Shown here: positions 43,703 through 51,908 of the stretch, piece by piece
Position numbering within the stretch: position 1 is the first letter of the stretch
Layout: every line of letters starts with the position of its first letter
NCBI GenBank assembly: GCA_022843265.1
Contig: JALHNZ010000003.1
Location: 64,645 to 128,644 of the forward strand
Source: Gemmatimonadaceae bacterium
GTDB lineage: Bacteria; Gemmatimonadota; Gemmatimonadetes; Gemmatimonadales; Gemmatimonadaceae
Direction of reading: 5' to 3'
DNA: 64,000 bases
Program-made: the position numbers and the translations under genes
The notes under the pieces: generated by a model
Database searches by the model: none
What the model saw: the letters and a program-made list of their open reading frames with translations, nothing else
What the model was told of the DNA's origin: nothing

Positions 43703-45796
43703 ATGCGCCGCCTGCTCGCGCTCGCCCTTCCGACACTGCTGTGCACCGTGCTCGCGCCTTCGCGCGCGTCGGCACAAGCGCGCACACTAACTGCCGCTGA
43801 CATTTTTCACATGGAGTACGCGACGGACCCCGCTATTTCACCCGATGGCGAATGGGTGGCGTACGTTCGGCGCTGGAGCGATCCGATGACGGATCGGCGC
43901 TACAGCAACATCTGGGTGGTGAAGAGCGACGGCAGCGGGCATCGCGCGATTACCTCGGGCAAATACAACGAAACCTCGCCCGTGTGGTCGCCAGACGGAC
44001 AGCGACTCGCGTTCGTCTCCGATCGCGGTGATCGCCCGCAACTGTGGGTGCGTTGGATGGACACCGGTGACGCGCTCGCGATCACCAACGGCAGTGATGC
44101 ACCGAGTGCGCCCGCGTGGTCGCCCGATGGCAAGCAGCTCGCGTTCTTCAAGCTGGTGCCGCAGCCCGCGCTGGTTGTTGGCACACCACTGAAGCCGCCC
44201 GCGGGCGCCACGTGGTCGGCCGCGCCCAAGTACACGGATCGCCTGGTATTCCGACAAGATCAGATTGGCGAACTTCCCACCGGTTTTGTGCACGCCTTTG
44301 TCGTGCCGTCTGAAGGTGGCACACCACGGCAGGTCACCAGCGGCGACTTTCATCACGGCGGGCAGGTGTTTGGTGGCGGTTCGCTCGTGTGGACGCCAGA
44401 CGGCGCCGAGCTCGTGATGCCAGCGCGACGTGGTGACAATCCGGAATGGAATGCGCGGGAAACTGACGTGTACGCGTTTGCCGTGAGCAATGGCAACGTG
44501 CGACAACTCACCCAACGATTCGGCCCTGACATGAGCCCGGCGGTTTCGCCCGACGGCCGACTCATTGCGTATGTCGGGTACGACGATCGCAAGCAGGGCT
44601 ATCAGAACACGCTGCTATACGTCATGAATCGCGATGGCAGCGGCGCGCGCGCTATTTCCGAGAAGATGGATCGCAGTGTGTCGAGTCCGGTGTGGAGCAG
44701 TGATGGGCGCGCCGTGTACGTGCAGTTTGACGACGAGGGCAACACCAAAGTGGCGCGTATGTCACTTGACGGCGCATGGACCGTGGTGGCGCGCGATCTT
44801 GGCGGTGGCAACTCCGCCTACAGTGGCGGCAGCTTTTCGGTATCACGCAATGGCAGCATTGTCGTGACCGCGAGCACACCCACGATTCCGTCTGAACTGA
44901 TGTTGTTGCGAGCGCCGTCAAAGGAGCCGTCAACCGCGCGTAACAGCGCGCCACCACCGCCGGTCACACTCACCGCAATCAACGCCGATGTGCTCGCGGG
45001 CAAAACGCTCGGCGCTGTAGAAGAAATCTGGTACGAATCGTCGAAAGACAAACGCAATATTCACGGCTGGATCATCAAACCACCCAACTTTGATCCGTCG
45101 CGCAAGTACCCGCTCATCCTTGAGATTCACGGCGGACCGTTTGCCAACTACGGCGATCGCTTTGACGAAGAAAAACAGATCATGGCGTCGGCCGGTTTTG
45201 TGGTGCTCTACACCAATCCGCGCGGCAGTACGAGCTACGGTGAAGAGTTTGGCAATCTCATTCACCACACGTATCCGGGCGACGATTTTTACGATCTCAA
45301 CGCCGGCGTTGATGCGGTGATTGCGAAGGGCTACATCGATGAGCACAACTTGTACGTGACCGGTGGCAGTGGCGGCGGTGTGCTCACCGCGTGGATGATC
45401 GGACAGACCGATCGTTTCCGTGCTGCGCTCGCGTTTTATCCGGTGATCAACTGGGAGAGTTTTGCACTCACGGCAGACATGGCACCGAGCGCGGTGAACA
45501 ACTGGTTTCCCGGATTTCCGTGGGATCACCCGGAGAATTATGCCAAGCGTTCACTGCTGTCGGTTGTAAAGAATGTGAAGACGCCAACGCTCATCATGAC
45601 CGGCGAAGAAGACTACCGCACACCCATGTCGGAGTCGGAGCAGTACTACAAGGCGCTCAAAATGCGCGGTGTGCAGTCGGTGCTGGTGCGTGTGCCTGAT
45701 GAACCGCACGGGATTCGTCGTCGTCCGAGTCACGCCGCGTCGAAGCTGACCACGCTGGTGGGATGGTTCGAAAAGTATCGCGCGACGGTGCAGTAG
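43703..45796 (+). CDS. S9 family serine peptidase (prolyl oligopeptidase/acylaminoacyl peptidase-like) with TolB-like beta-propeller
   Basis: The signal is MRRLLALALPTLLCTVLAPSRASAQ. PD40-like repeats are ISPDGEWVAYV, WSPDGQRLAFV, WSPDGKQLAF and VSPDGRLIAYV. The nucleophile elbow is VTGGSGGG, and the catalytic Asp/His region is GEEDYRTP..VPDEPHG. Confidence 0.85.
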   Translation: MRRLLALALPTLLCTVLAPSRASAQARTLTAADIFHMEYATDPAISPDGEWVAYVRRWSDPMTDRRYSNIWVVKSDGSGHRAITSGKYNETSPVWSPDGQRLAFVSDRGDRPQLWVRWMDTGDALAITNGSDAPSAPAWSPDGKQLAFFKLVPQPALVVGTPLKPPAGATWSAAPKYTDRLVFRQDQIGELPTGFVHAFVVPSEGGTPRQVTSGDFHHGGQVFGGGSLVWTPDGAELVMPARRGDNPEWNARETDVYAFAVSNGNVRQLTQRFGPDMSPAVSPDGRLIAYVGYDDRKQGYQNTLLYVMNRDGSGARAISEKMDRSVSSPVWSSDGRAVYVQFDDEGNTKVARMSLDGAWTVVARDLGGGNSAYSGGSFSVSRNGSIVVTASTPTIPSELMLLRAPSKEPSTARNSAPPPPVTLTAINADVLAGKTLGAVEEIWYESSKDKRNIHGWIIKPPNFDPSRKYPLILEIHGGPFANYGDRFDEEKQIMASAGFVVLYTNPRGSTSYGEEFGNLIHHTYPGDDFYDLNAGVDAVIAKGYIDEHNLYVTGGSGGGVLTAWMIGQTDRFRAALAFYPVINWESFALTADMAPSAVNNWFPGFPWDHPENYAKRSLLSVVKNVKTPTLIMTGEEDYRTPMSESEQYYKALKMRGVQSVLVRVPDEPHGIRRRPSHAASKLTTLVGWFEKYRATVQ

Positions 45797-45804
45797 GTCG
45801 CGGG

Positions 45805-46818
45805 GTGAGCGCCAACAAGAGCAAACGGTGGTGGTGGATCGGAGCGCTGCTCGTTCTGGTCGTCACCGTTGTCGCGGGACCACGCGCGCAGGTGACCACC
45901 GCAGTAGTTCACGCCACCGAGTCTCGCTGGCCCACCGATTTTCGCGCCTGGCACGAATGGCTTGCGACACGAGAACGCAACGCTGGTGTCACCGACACCG
46001 CCAACGCCGCGCGCGTAGTGTTCGCCAACGGCGATACAATGCCGGCACGTACGGCCTGGAGCGTGGTGTACCTGCACGGTTTCTCCGCAACGCGACAGGA
46101 GACCGCACCGCTCGCCGAGCTGGTCGCGCAACAACTCGGGGCCAACTTGTTCGAGGCGCGTCTGCGCGGGCACGGTCTACCCGGCGATTCCATGGGTGTT
46201 GTCACAGCCGAAGACTGGCTACAGGATGCGCAGTTCGCGCTCGACGCTGGTCGCCAACTTGGTGACTCCATCCTGGTGATCGGGACATCAACCGGCGGCA
46301 CGCTTGGTGTGTGGCTGGCCACGCTGGCGCGCGAACAGCGCGCGGGACTCGCGGCGCTTGTGCTTGTGTCGCCCAACTTCGGCCCCAAGGACAAGACCGC
46401 TGCCGTGCTCACGTGGCCGTGGGCGCAACAGCTGCTGCCTCGGTTCATTCCGTATCGCGAATGGACGCCGCGCAACGAGGAACAAGCGCGCTACTGGACG
46501 GTTCGTTATCCGTCAACGGCGCTGTTTCCCATGCAGGCGTTAGTGGCACATGTGCGCGCGCGTGCGCTCGACGAATACGACACGCCAACGCAAGTGTTCT
46601 ACAATGCGAATGACGAAGTGGTTGATGCGGAACGCATTGCGAACTGGTTGGACGCTGTGGCTGCACGCACGAGCGCACGACTGCAACAGATTCGCATTGC
46701 GCCGTTGGCCGATGAAGACGGCCATGTGCTGGCCGGCCGCATTGTTTCGCCAAGTCAGACCGCACCAATACGCGATAGCATCGTGGCATTCGTGCGGGGC
46801 ATGAATTCGGGCCGCTGA
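45805..46818 (+). CDS. Alpha/beta hydrolase
   Basis: ORF 45763..46818. GTG 45805 lies 9 nt after the S9 stop and gives a TM/signal segment KRWWWIGALLVLVVTVVAG. The sequence has VVYLHGFSAT and the nucleophile elbow GTSTGG. Confidence 0.7.
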   Translation: MSANKSKRWWWIGALLVLVVTVVAGPRAQVTTAVVHATESRWPTDFRAWHEWLATRERNAGVTDTANAARVVFANGDTMPARTAWSVVYLHGFSATRQETAPLAELVAQQLGANLFEARLRGHGLPGDSMGVVTAEDWLQDAQFALDAGRQLGDSILVIGTSTGGTLGVWLATLAREQRAGLAALVLVSPNFGPKDKTAAVLTWPWAQQLLPRFIPYREWTPRNEEQARYWTVRYPSTALFPMQALVAHVRARALDEYDTPTQVFYNANDEVVDAERIANWLDAVAARTSARLQQIRIAPLADEDGHVLAGRIVSPSQTAPIRDSIVAFVRGMNSGR

Positions 46819-46859
46819 ATCATTCAGCACAATCGAGACGACCTCGACCAGCAGGCAGT

Positions 46860-46910
46860 CTGATTCGGCCATCCCAGCCCTCGGCTCCTGGGCTGGGATG
46901 GCCGAATCAG
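46860..46910. terminator. Perfect 20-21 bp stem hairpin between convergent genes
   Basis: ctgattcggccatcccagcc (46860-46879) pairs with ggctgggatggccgaatcag (46891-46910). A c/g pair extends the stem to 21 bp with a 9-nt loop. No U-tract on either side. Confidence 0.5.
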
Positions 46911-46947
46911 GAACTGCAACGAATGTACAGCGCTGCGGCAATCCGGC

Positions 46948-49206
46948 TTACGGCAACTGACCGATGTGTTCAAGAAGCGCACGGTACGACGGATTTTCGC
47001 GCAGCTTGCGAAACGCCGGCCGCGATGACACCCACACGAGATCGCTCGCGTGTTCATCGAGACTCTGCTGCAAGCGTGCCAGCGCACCGGGCGTATCGCC
47101 CAATGCCGCCAGAATCTCGGCGCGTGATACCTGCGATACGTACCGCGTTCGCGCGCGGGCATCCAGGTCGGCCAGAATCGTTGTCGCTGCGTTCGTATTG
47201 CCGGCATTGGCCTGCACCACGGCACGGAACGCCAGCGGCTCAACACTGTCGCCGAGAATTGTGGACGCCGTCGACAAACACTCAAGCGCCAGCGTGACTT
47301 CACGCTGCGCATCGAACGCGCGTCCGAGAAAGTAGTGCGCCATGCCAAACTGCGGATCGCGCTCCAGCACCGCGCGGAACGAGCGAATCGCGGCCAGCTG
47401 GTTGCCTTCGGCGTGAAACGACACGCCAATGCTGGTGGCGATCACCGGGGAGAGCGGATCGAGTGCGCTGGCACGCGACAGATGCTCACGCGCCTCTTCG
47501 AAGCGACGCTGTGGCACCAGCAGGTTCATGGCGTACGACTGCAATGCCGTGGCCGTTGCCTGCGGCGCGTTGACCGCGAGTTCAAAGTCGGATTCAGCGT
47601 TCGTATTGGCCCAGTCGTGCAGTGCGCTTACAGATGCGCGGGCGACCAATGCATCGGTATAGCCGGGGCGCAGCGCGAGTGAACGCTCGGCCGCAACCAG
47701 TGCGCGCTGCATGAACGGCGTGGGGGCCTCAATGCCGTACACAGCAAGCGTAATGCAGGCTTCCGCCAACGCGGCGTGCGCGGCCGCGAACGCGGGATCG
47801 CGCTCAACGGCGCGCTGCAACAGGTCAACACTGCGCCGCAATGCATGCGCTGTGCGCTGGTTCCAGCAAAAGCGACCTTCGAGAAACAACTCGTAGGCCT
47901 TCATGTCGTTGGTTGACGCCACCACCACCTGCTTGGCACGCGGACGCAGCGTGCCCTCAAGCGAGACCACAATGCTGTGCGCGATTTCATCCTGCACCGC
48001 AAACACATCGATGAACTCGCGTTCGTATCGCTCGGACCAGCGTTCAAAGCCCGTTCGCGTGTCGATCAGGCGTGCCGTGATGCGCAAGGTATTGGAATGC
48101 CGGCGTACACTGCCTTCGAGCACCGACTCGACCTTCAGCGCGCTGCCGATGTCGCGCACATCCACGTCAGTTTTGCGGAACCGAAACGACGACGTACGCG
48201 CCACCACACGCAACCCACCCTTTTGCGCGAGCGCATGAATGAGATCGTCGCTGATCCCTTCGCTCAAATATTCGTCGGATGTATCGCCGCTGAGATTGGC
48301 AAACGGCAGCACCGCAATGGACGGCGCGACGGCGGTGTATTCGCTCGTGGTCAAGGGAATAGAGACCGTGGTGCTCCCGTCTCCTTCGAGGTCCGCCAGC
48401 AGACTGGTGATGTCGGGATAGCGCAGTGTCACATCACGCAACAATCCGCGGCGCAGCACCGCGGGCACGTGCGATGGGATGCCGCCGTCTATCAAGGTCA
48501 GCACCGGCGCTTCTTCGTGGTTCTTGCGCACCATCATGGCCATCGGCGACAGATCAGTCCACGGCGTCCGTCCGCTCAACATCTCGTAGGCGACGCTGGC
48601 CAACGCGTACACATCGGTGCGCTCATCAATGTCTTCTTCGCCGAGTGCCTGCTCGGGACTCATGTACTCCGGGGTGCCAATGCCGTGCCCTTCGAGCGTG
48701 AGACGCTGGCCGGCCGTTGACATCACCCGCGCAATGCCGAAGTCGGCCACCACGGCGTGCCCTGCAAAGAAGAGAATGTTCTCGGGTTTGATGTCGCGGT
48801 GCAACACGCCGCGCCCGTGCGCGAACGTGAGCGCATCGCCTACTTCGCGCAAAATGCCGAGGGCCACAGACCACGGCAGTGCGTGCTCACGATCGAGACG
48901 GCCACGCAGCGTTTCCCCTTCCACGTACGGCATGGTAAAAAACAGAGCGCCGTTGGCTTCGCCCGAATCGTAGACCGACAGAATATTGGGGTGCTGCAGT
49001 CGGGCCGCGGTCTCGATTTCGCGCGCGAACCGCTGGCTGTCGCCCTCTTCGCCAAAGCTGGCGCGCAACACCTTGACCGCCACCGGCCGGCCGTGTCGCA
49101 GGTCGGTGGCCAGATACACGTTTGCCATGCCGCCGCGACCGATCAGCCGATGCAGGTCGTAGCGGTCTTTCAGGGCCGTGCGAAGTGCAACAAACGACTC
49201 GTCCAT
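46948..49206 (-). CDS. Ser/Thr protein kinase with TolB-N-like and TPR C-terminal region
   Basis: Hanks kinase blocks are LIGRGGMANVYLA, VAVKVL, HRDIKPENILF, DFGIA and GTPEYMSPEQ. These are followed by IAVLPFANLSGD..GISDDLIHAL and TPR-like repeats. Confidence 0.85.
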   Translation of the reverse strand: MDESFVALRTALKDRYDLHRLIGRGGMANVYLATDLRHGRPVAVKVLRASFGEEGDSQRFAREIETAARLQHPNILSVYDSGEANGALFFTMPYVEGETLRGRLDREHALPWSVALGILREVGDALTFAHGRGVLHRDIKPENILFFAGHAVVADFGIARVMSTAGQRLTLEGHGIGTPEYMSPEQALGEEDIDERTDVYALASVAYEMLSGRTPWTDLSPMAMMVRKNHEEAPVLTLIDGGIPSHVPAVLRRGLLRDVTLRYPDITSLLADLEGDGSTTVSIPLTTSEYTAVAPSIAVLPFANLSGDTSDEYLSEGISDDLIHALAQKGGLRVVARTSSFRFRKTDVDVRDIGSALKVESVLEGSVRRHSNTLRITARLIDTRTGFERWSERYEREFIDVFAVQDEIAHSIVVSLEGTLRPRAKQVVVASTNDMKAYELFLEGRFCWNQRTAHALRRSVDLLQRAVERDPAFAAAHAALAEACITLAVYGIEAPTPFMQRALVAAERSLALRPGYTDALVARASVSALHDWANTNAESDFELAVNAPQATATALQSYAMNLLVPQRRFEEAREHLSRASALDPLSPVIATSIGVSFHAEGNQLAAIRSFRAVLERDPQFGMAHYFLGRAFDAQREVTLALECLSTASTILGDSVEPLAFRAVVQANAGNTNAATTILADLDARARTRYVSQVSRAEILAALGDTPGALARLQQSLDEHASDLVWVSSRPAFRKLRENPSYRALLEHIGQLP

Positions 49207-49307
49207 AGGTGAAAGTTACACTGGCCGAAAGTTTGGTGTGCAAGCTCGCTCAATGACCTCGCGCACCCTACATTCTGCGCACCCTGAGCACACTGGAGCG
49301 GTGACTG

Positions 49308-50564
49308 ATGGACCCACGATGGGCGGACGATGCGTTCCTGGACGAGCTGCGCGCGCACACTGACGCCGCGGCAGACGCGTGTGTGGCGGCGCTGGATGTC
49401 CACAAAGACTACGCCGACCTGTTCAAACAGGCGGTCGCCAACGATTCGGTGCTTCCGGCCGACGCGCCCCCGGCGCTGCGTGAGTTTTTTGCTACCACCG
49501 ACAACCAGCTCTGGCTGGAGACGGATCGCGATCGGTTTCCCGACGGACTGGATCATGAGCGCCTCAAACGGGGCGAGCGCGTTTATCTCGATCACGCGTT
49601 TTTTGCGTCGGTCGTACTGCTCGCGAAGTCGCTGCCCGAAGGGTACGCCGCGCCGTGTTTGTCGAGTCTGCTGAATCTGTCCGGGAATCTTCGCACGGAG
49701 CCCTACCGTCGTCTGCTGGGCGTGCTGCAGCTGGTCGTCGATGTCTCGTCGGTCGATGGGTTCGACAAGAGTGGACGTGCACTGGCGGCCGCTCGGCAAG
49801 CGCGGTTGATGCACGCGGGCATTAGACGATTCGCACCCCGAATGCTGCCGAACTACGTGACGATGTACCGCGGCGCGCCGGTCAACTTCGAAGACATGCT
49901 CGGCACCATCATGGGGCTTTCGCTGCTCGTAATTGACGGTTTGCCACGATTGGGAAACGCGTTGTCCGACCAGGATGCGGGCGACTACTACTACCTGTGG
50001 CGCGCGTTCGCGGTGGCCATGGGCATTCATCCGCCGGGCGAAGAAGGCAGCGCCGCATGGGTTCCGGCCACCATCGAAGAAGCGCGCATTTTCTACCAGT
50101 CGTACGAGCGTCGGCATTATGAGCACGACCCGGCGAAGAACCCTGACGGGGTCGCGCTGGCGCAGGAGAACCTGGCAATGCTGCAGCATTTGTTGCCCGG
50201 ACCACTGCGTTTACCGGGACTGCGCCTGATACCCGATTTTTTCATGACGCAGCTCATCGGCGATGAAGGCTGTCGTCGCGTGGGACTCACACCGCATCAC
50301 GTGCCCTACGGCCTGCACGGCGTGGCGGTTGGTATTGTGAGCGGTCTGGTTGGATTAGGTCGATGGTTTGACCGCCACGACCCGGGCGGTACGCTGCATC
50401 CCACTATTTCCACGATGCTGCTTCAGGATATGATCAAACGCGAGTACGGCGGGATCGTGACGTTCGAAATTCCGGAATCGATCACACAGGTTCAGGATCT
50501 TGTGCGGAAACGGCGTGCCGATGCCGAAAGAGCAGCAAATACATCGCGTCCAGCAGCACTGTGA
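49308..50564 (+). CDS. Probable MpaB/DUF2236-family oxygenase-like protein
   Basis: 418 aa. LLAKSLPEGYAAP, LRTEPYRRLLGVLQLVVDV, ARQARLMHAGIRRF, GAPVNFEDMLGTIMGLSLLVIDGL and YYYLWRAFAVAMGI resemble my recollection of DUF2236/MpaB family blocks. The 3' end overlaps the convergent gene by 83 nt. Confidence 0.5.
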   Translation: MDPRWADDAFLDELRAHTDAAADACVAALDVHKDYADLFKQAVANDSVLPADAPPALREFFATTDNQLWLETDRDRFPDGLDHERLKRGERVYLDHAFFASVVLLAKSLPEGYAAPCLSSLLNLSGNLRTEPYRRLLGVLQLVVDVSSVDGFDKSGRALAAARQARLMHAGIRRFAPRMLPNYVTMYRGAPVNFEDMLGTIMGLSLLVIDGLPRLGNALSDQDAGDYYYLWRAFAVAMGIHPPGEEGSAAWVPATIEEARIFYQSYERRHYEHDPAKNPDGVALAQENLAMLQHLLPGPLRLPGLRLIPDFFMTQLIGDEGCRRVGLTPHHVPYGLHGVAVGIVSGLVGLGRWFDRHDPGGTLHPTISTMLLQDMIKREYGGIVTFEIPESITQVQDLVRKRRADAERAANTSRPAAL

Positions 50565-51210
50565 TGGCGCACAGCGACAACAGAAAGTGATTGGACGGAT
50601 ACACGAGCATGCAGAATAGCGCGCCGCATGTGTTGCCGAGCAGCTTGGCCCAGCCAACGGTGAGCGAGTATTGGCTGGCGTGTACTTCAGACAGTTCGAC
50701 CAGCACGTACAACGTGGACATGAACAGCGCGACAACAAACATGGAAATCATGCCGTTCGATGTGTCGTACGGCTGATACGAAAAAAGCGATTGATCCGGT
50801 GCGTATGACTGGTAGGGTTGGTACGCAAACAGATACACAAGAATAAGCCAGCACAGATAACTCGCCACGAGCCCCGGTGCAAACCAGCGTCGCACTTCGG
50901 GAAGACGCACGTGACGCGCGCCGTACAACAGCGTGTAGCCAAACACCGTTGCGGCCACGAGCAGCGCGCCTCGATTCAGCCATACGAACAGCGTGCCCAG
51001 ATCCGTTCGGTAGAGCAGTCCCCAGGTGGTGATCCACGCCAGATTGCTTGCGACTGCCGCTGCCGGGATCTCCACCACACCATGCGCACGCATGTTGCGG
51101 AACACCATCACAAACGCAACCGCCCAGGCCGCATAACCGGCCAGCAAGAACAGCAACGGCGTCATCGCATATACCGAGGTGTTCAGCAGCATATCGCTCC
51201 CGGTGTTCAT
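50482..51210 (-). CDS. Integral-membrane Pyr4/PaxB-like terpene-cyclase-family paralogue A (motif Glu replaced)
   Basis: 242 aa with ~7 TM segments. VEIPAAAVASNLAWITTWGLLY carries NxAW but Ile replaces Glu. YGARHVRLPEVRRWF and C-terminal CAITVLLDAMYLLLF (Asp retained) are also present. It is paralogous to 51207..51908. Confidence 0.6.
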   Translation of the reverse strand: MNTGSDMLLNTSVYAMTPLLFLLAGYAAWAVAFVMVFRNMRAHGVVEIPAAAVASNLAWITTWGLLYRTDLGTLFVWLNRGALLVAATVFGYTLLYGARHVRLPEVRRWFAPGLVASYLCWLILVYLFAYQPYQSYAPDQSLFSYQPYDTSNGMISMFVVALFMSTLYVLVELSEVHASQYSLTVGWAKLLGNTCGALFCMLVYPSNHFLLSLCAITVLLDAMYLLLFRHRHAVSAQDPEPV

Positions 51211-51908
51211 GTTGCCACCTGCGCACTCGTTGCCGCGTCACGCTCATCTCGCTGCGATGGACGGCGTGTATGCAACAGCGCGATGTACACGACATCCAGA
51301 AACAGCGTGATGCCGCACAGGCTCAGCAGAAACAGATTATCTCGACTCATGATGAGCGCAAAGACGCTGAGCAGTCCTGTGCCGATCATTTTGCTCCATC
51401 CCACCAATGGCGAAAAGTCGAGCGCGTTGCCCTGTAGCAGGAGCACGATATACAACGCCGACATCATCACATTGAGCACGTAGCCGGTGAGTGCGCCGTA
51501 TCCATTGTCGTAGCCGCCCGACACAAAGAAGTAGATCACCACGCCCCACGCGAGAATGCCAAAGGCCAACGCGGGTTTGAACCAGCGCCGCAAGTGCGGA
51601 TTGGCAATCTGCTTATGTCCGTACTTGAAGGTGGCGTACGTGATGAACACATCCTGCACGCACCACAGCGCGTAACCAACCGTGAACGCGAAACCCATCG
51701 TGGAACCAAAGATGAACCCCCAGACAAACTCCCACGCAATGTTGGCCGCGACGGCCGCCGCGGGAATCTCAACGACCTTTCGTTTGACGATCGTGATGGC
51801 CGTGCCGATGTAGGCAACCACCCATCCAATGCAACCGGCCGCAAACAGAATCAGCTGCGGGATCGTAAAGTCAACGGTGTTGAACCACGGCTGTGTGAGC
51901 GTGAACAT
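51207..51908 (-). CDS. Integral-membrane Pyr4/PaxB-like terpene-cyclase-family paralogue B
   Basis: ORF 51207..52037. ATG 51906-51908 shares 1 nt with the upstream gene's stop. GCIGWVVAYIGTAITIVKRKVVEIPAAAVAANIAWEFVWGFIFG matches the recalled GW..NY.G..Y....D..YGM.I.PL..N.AWE[FI]VY block of Pyr4/PaxB. ITYATFKYGHK and CGITLFLDVVYIALL are also present. Confidence 0.65.
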   Translation of the reverse strand: MFTLTQPWFNTVDFTIPQLILFAAGCIGWVVAYIGTAITIVKRKVVEIPAAAVAANIAWEFVWGFIFGSTMGFAFTVGYALWCVQDVFITYATFKYGHKQIANPHLRRWFKPALAFGILAWGVVIYFFVSGGYDNGYGALTGYVLNVMMSALYIVLLLQGNALDFSPLVGWSKMIGTGLLSVFALIMSRDNLFLLSLCGITLFLDVVYIALLHTRRPSQRDERDAATSAQVAT

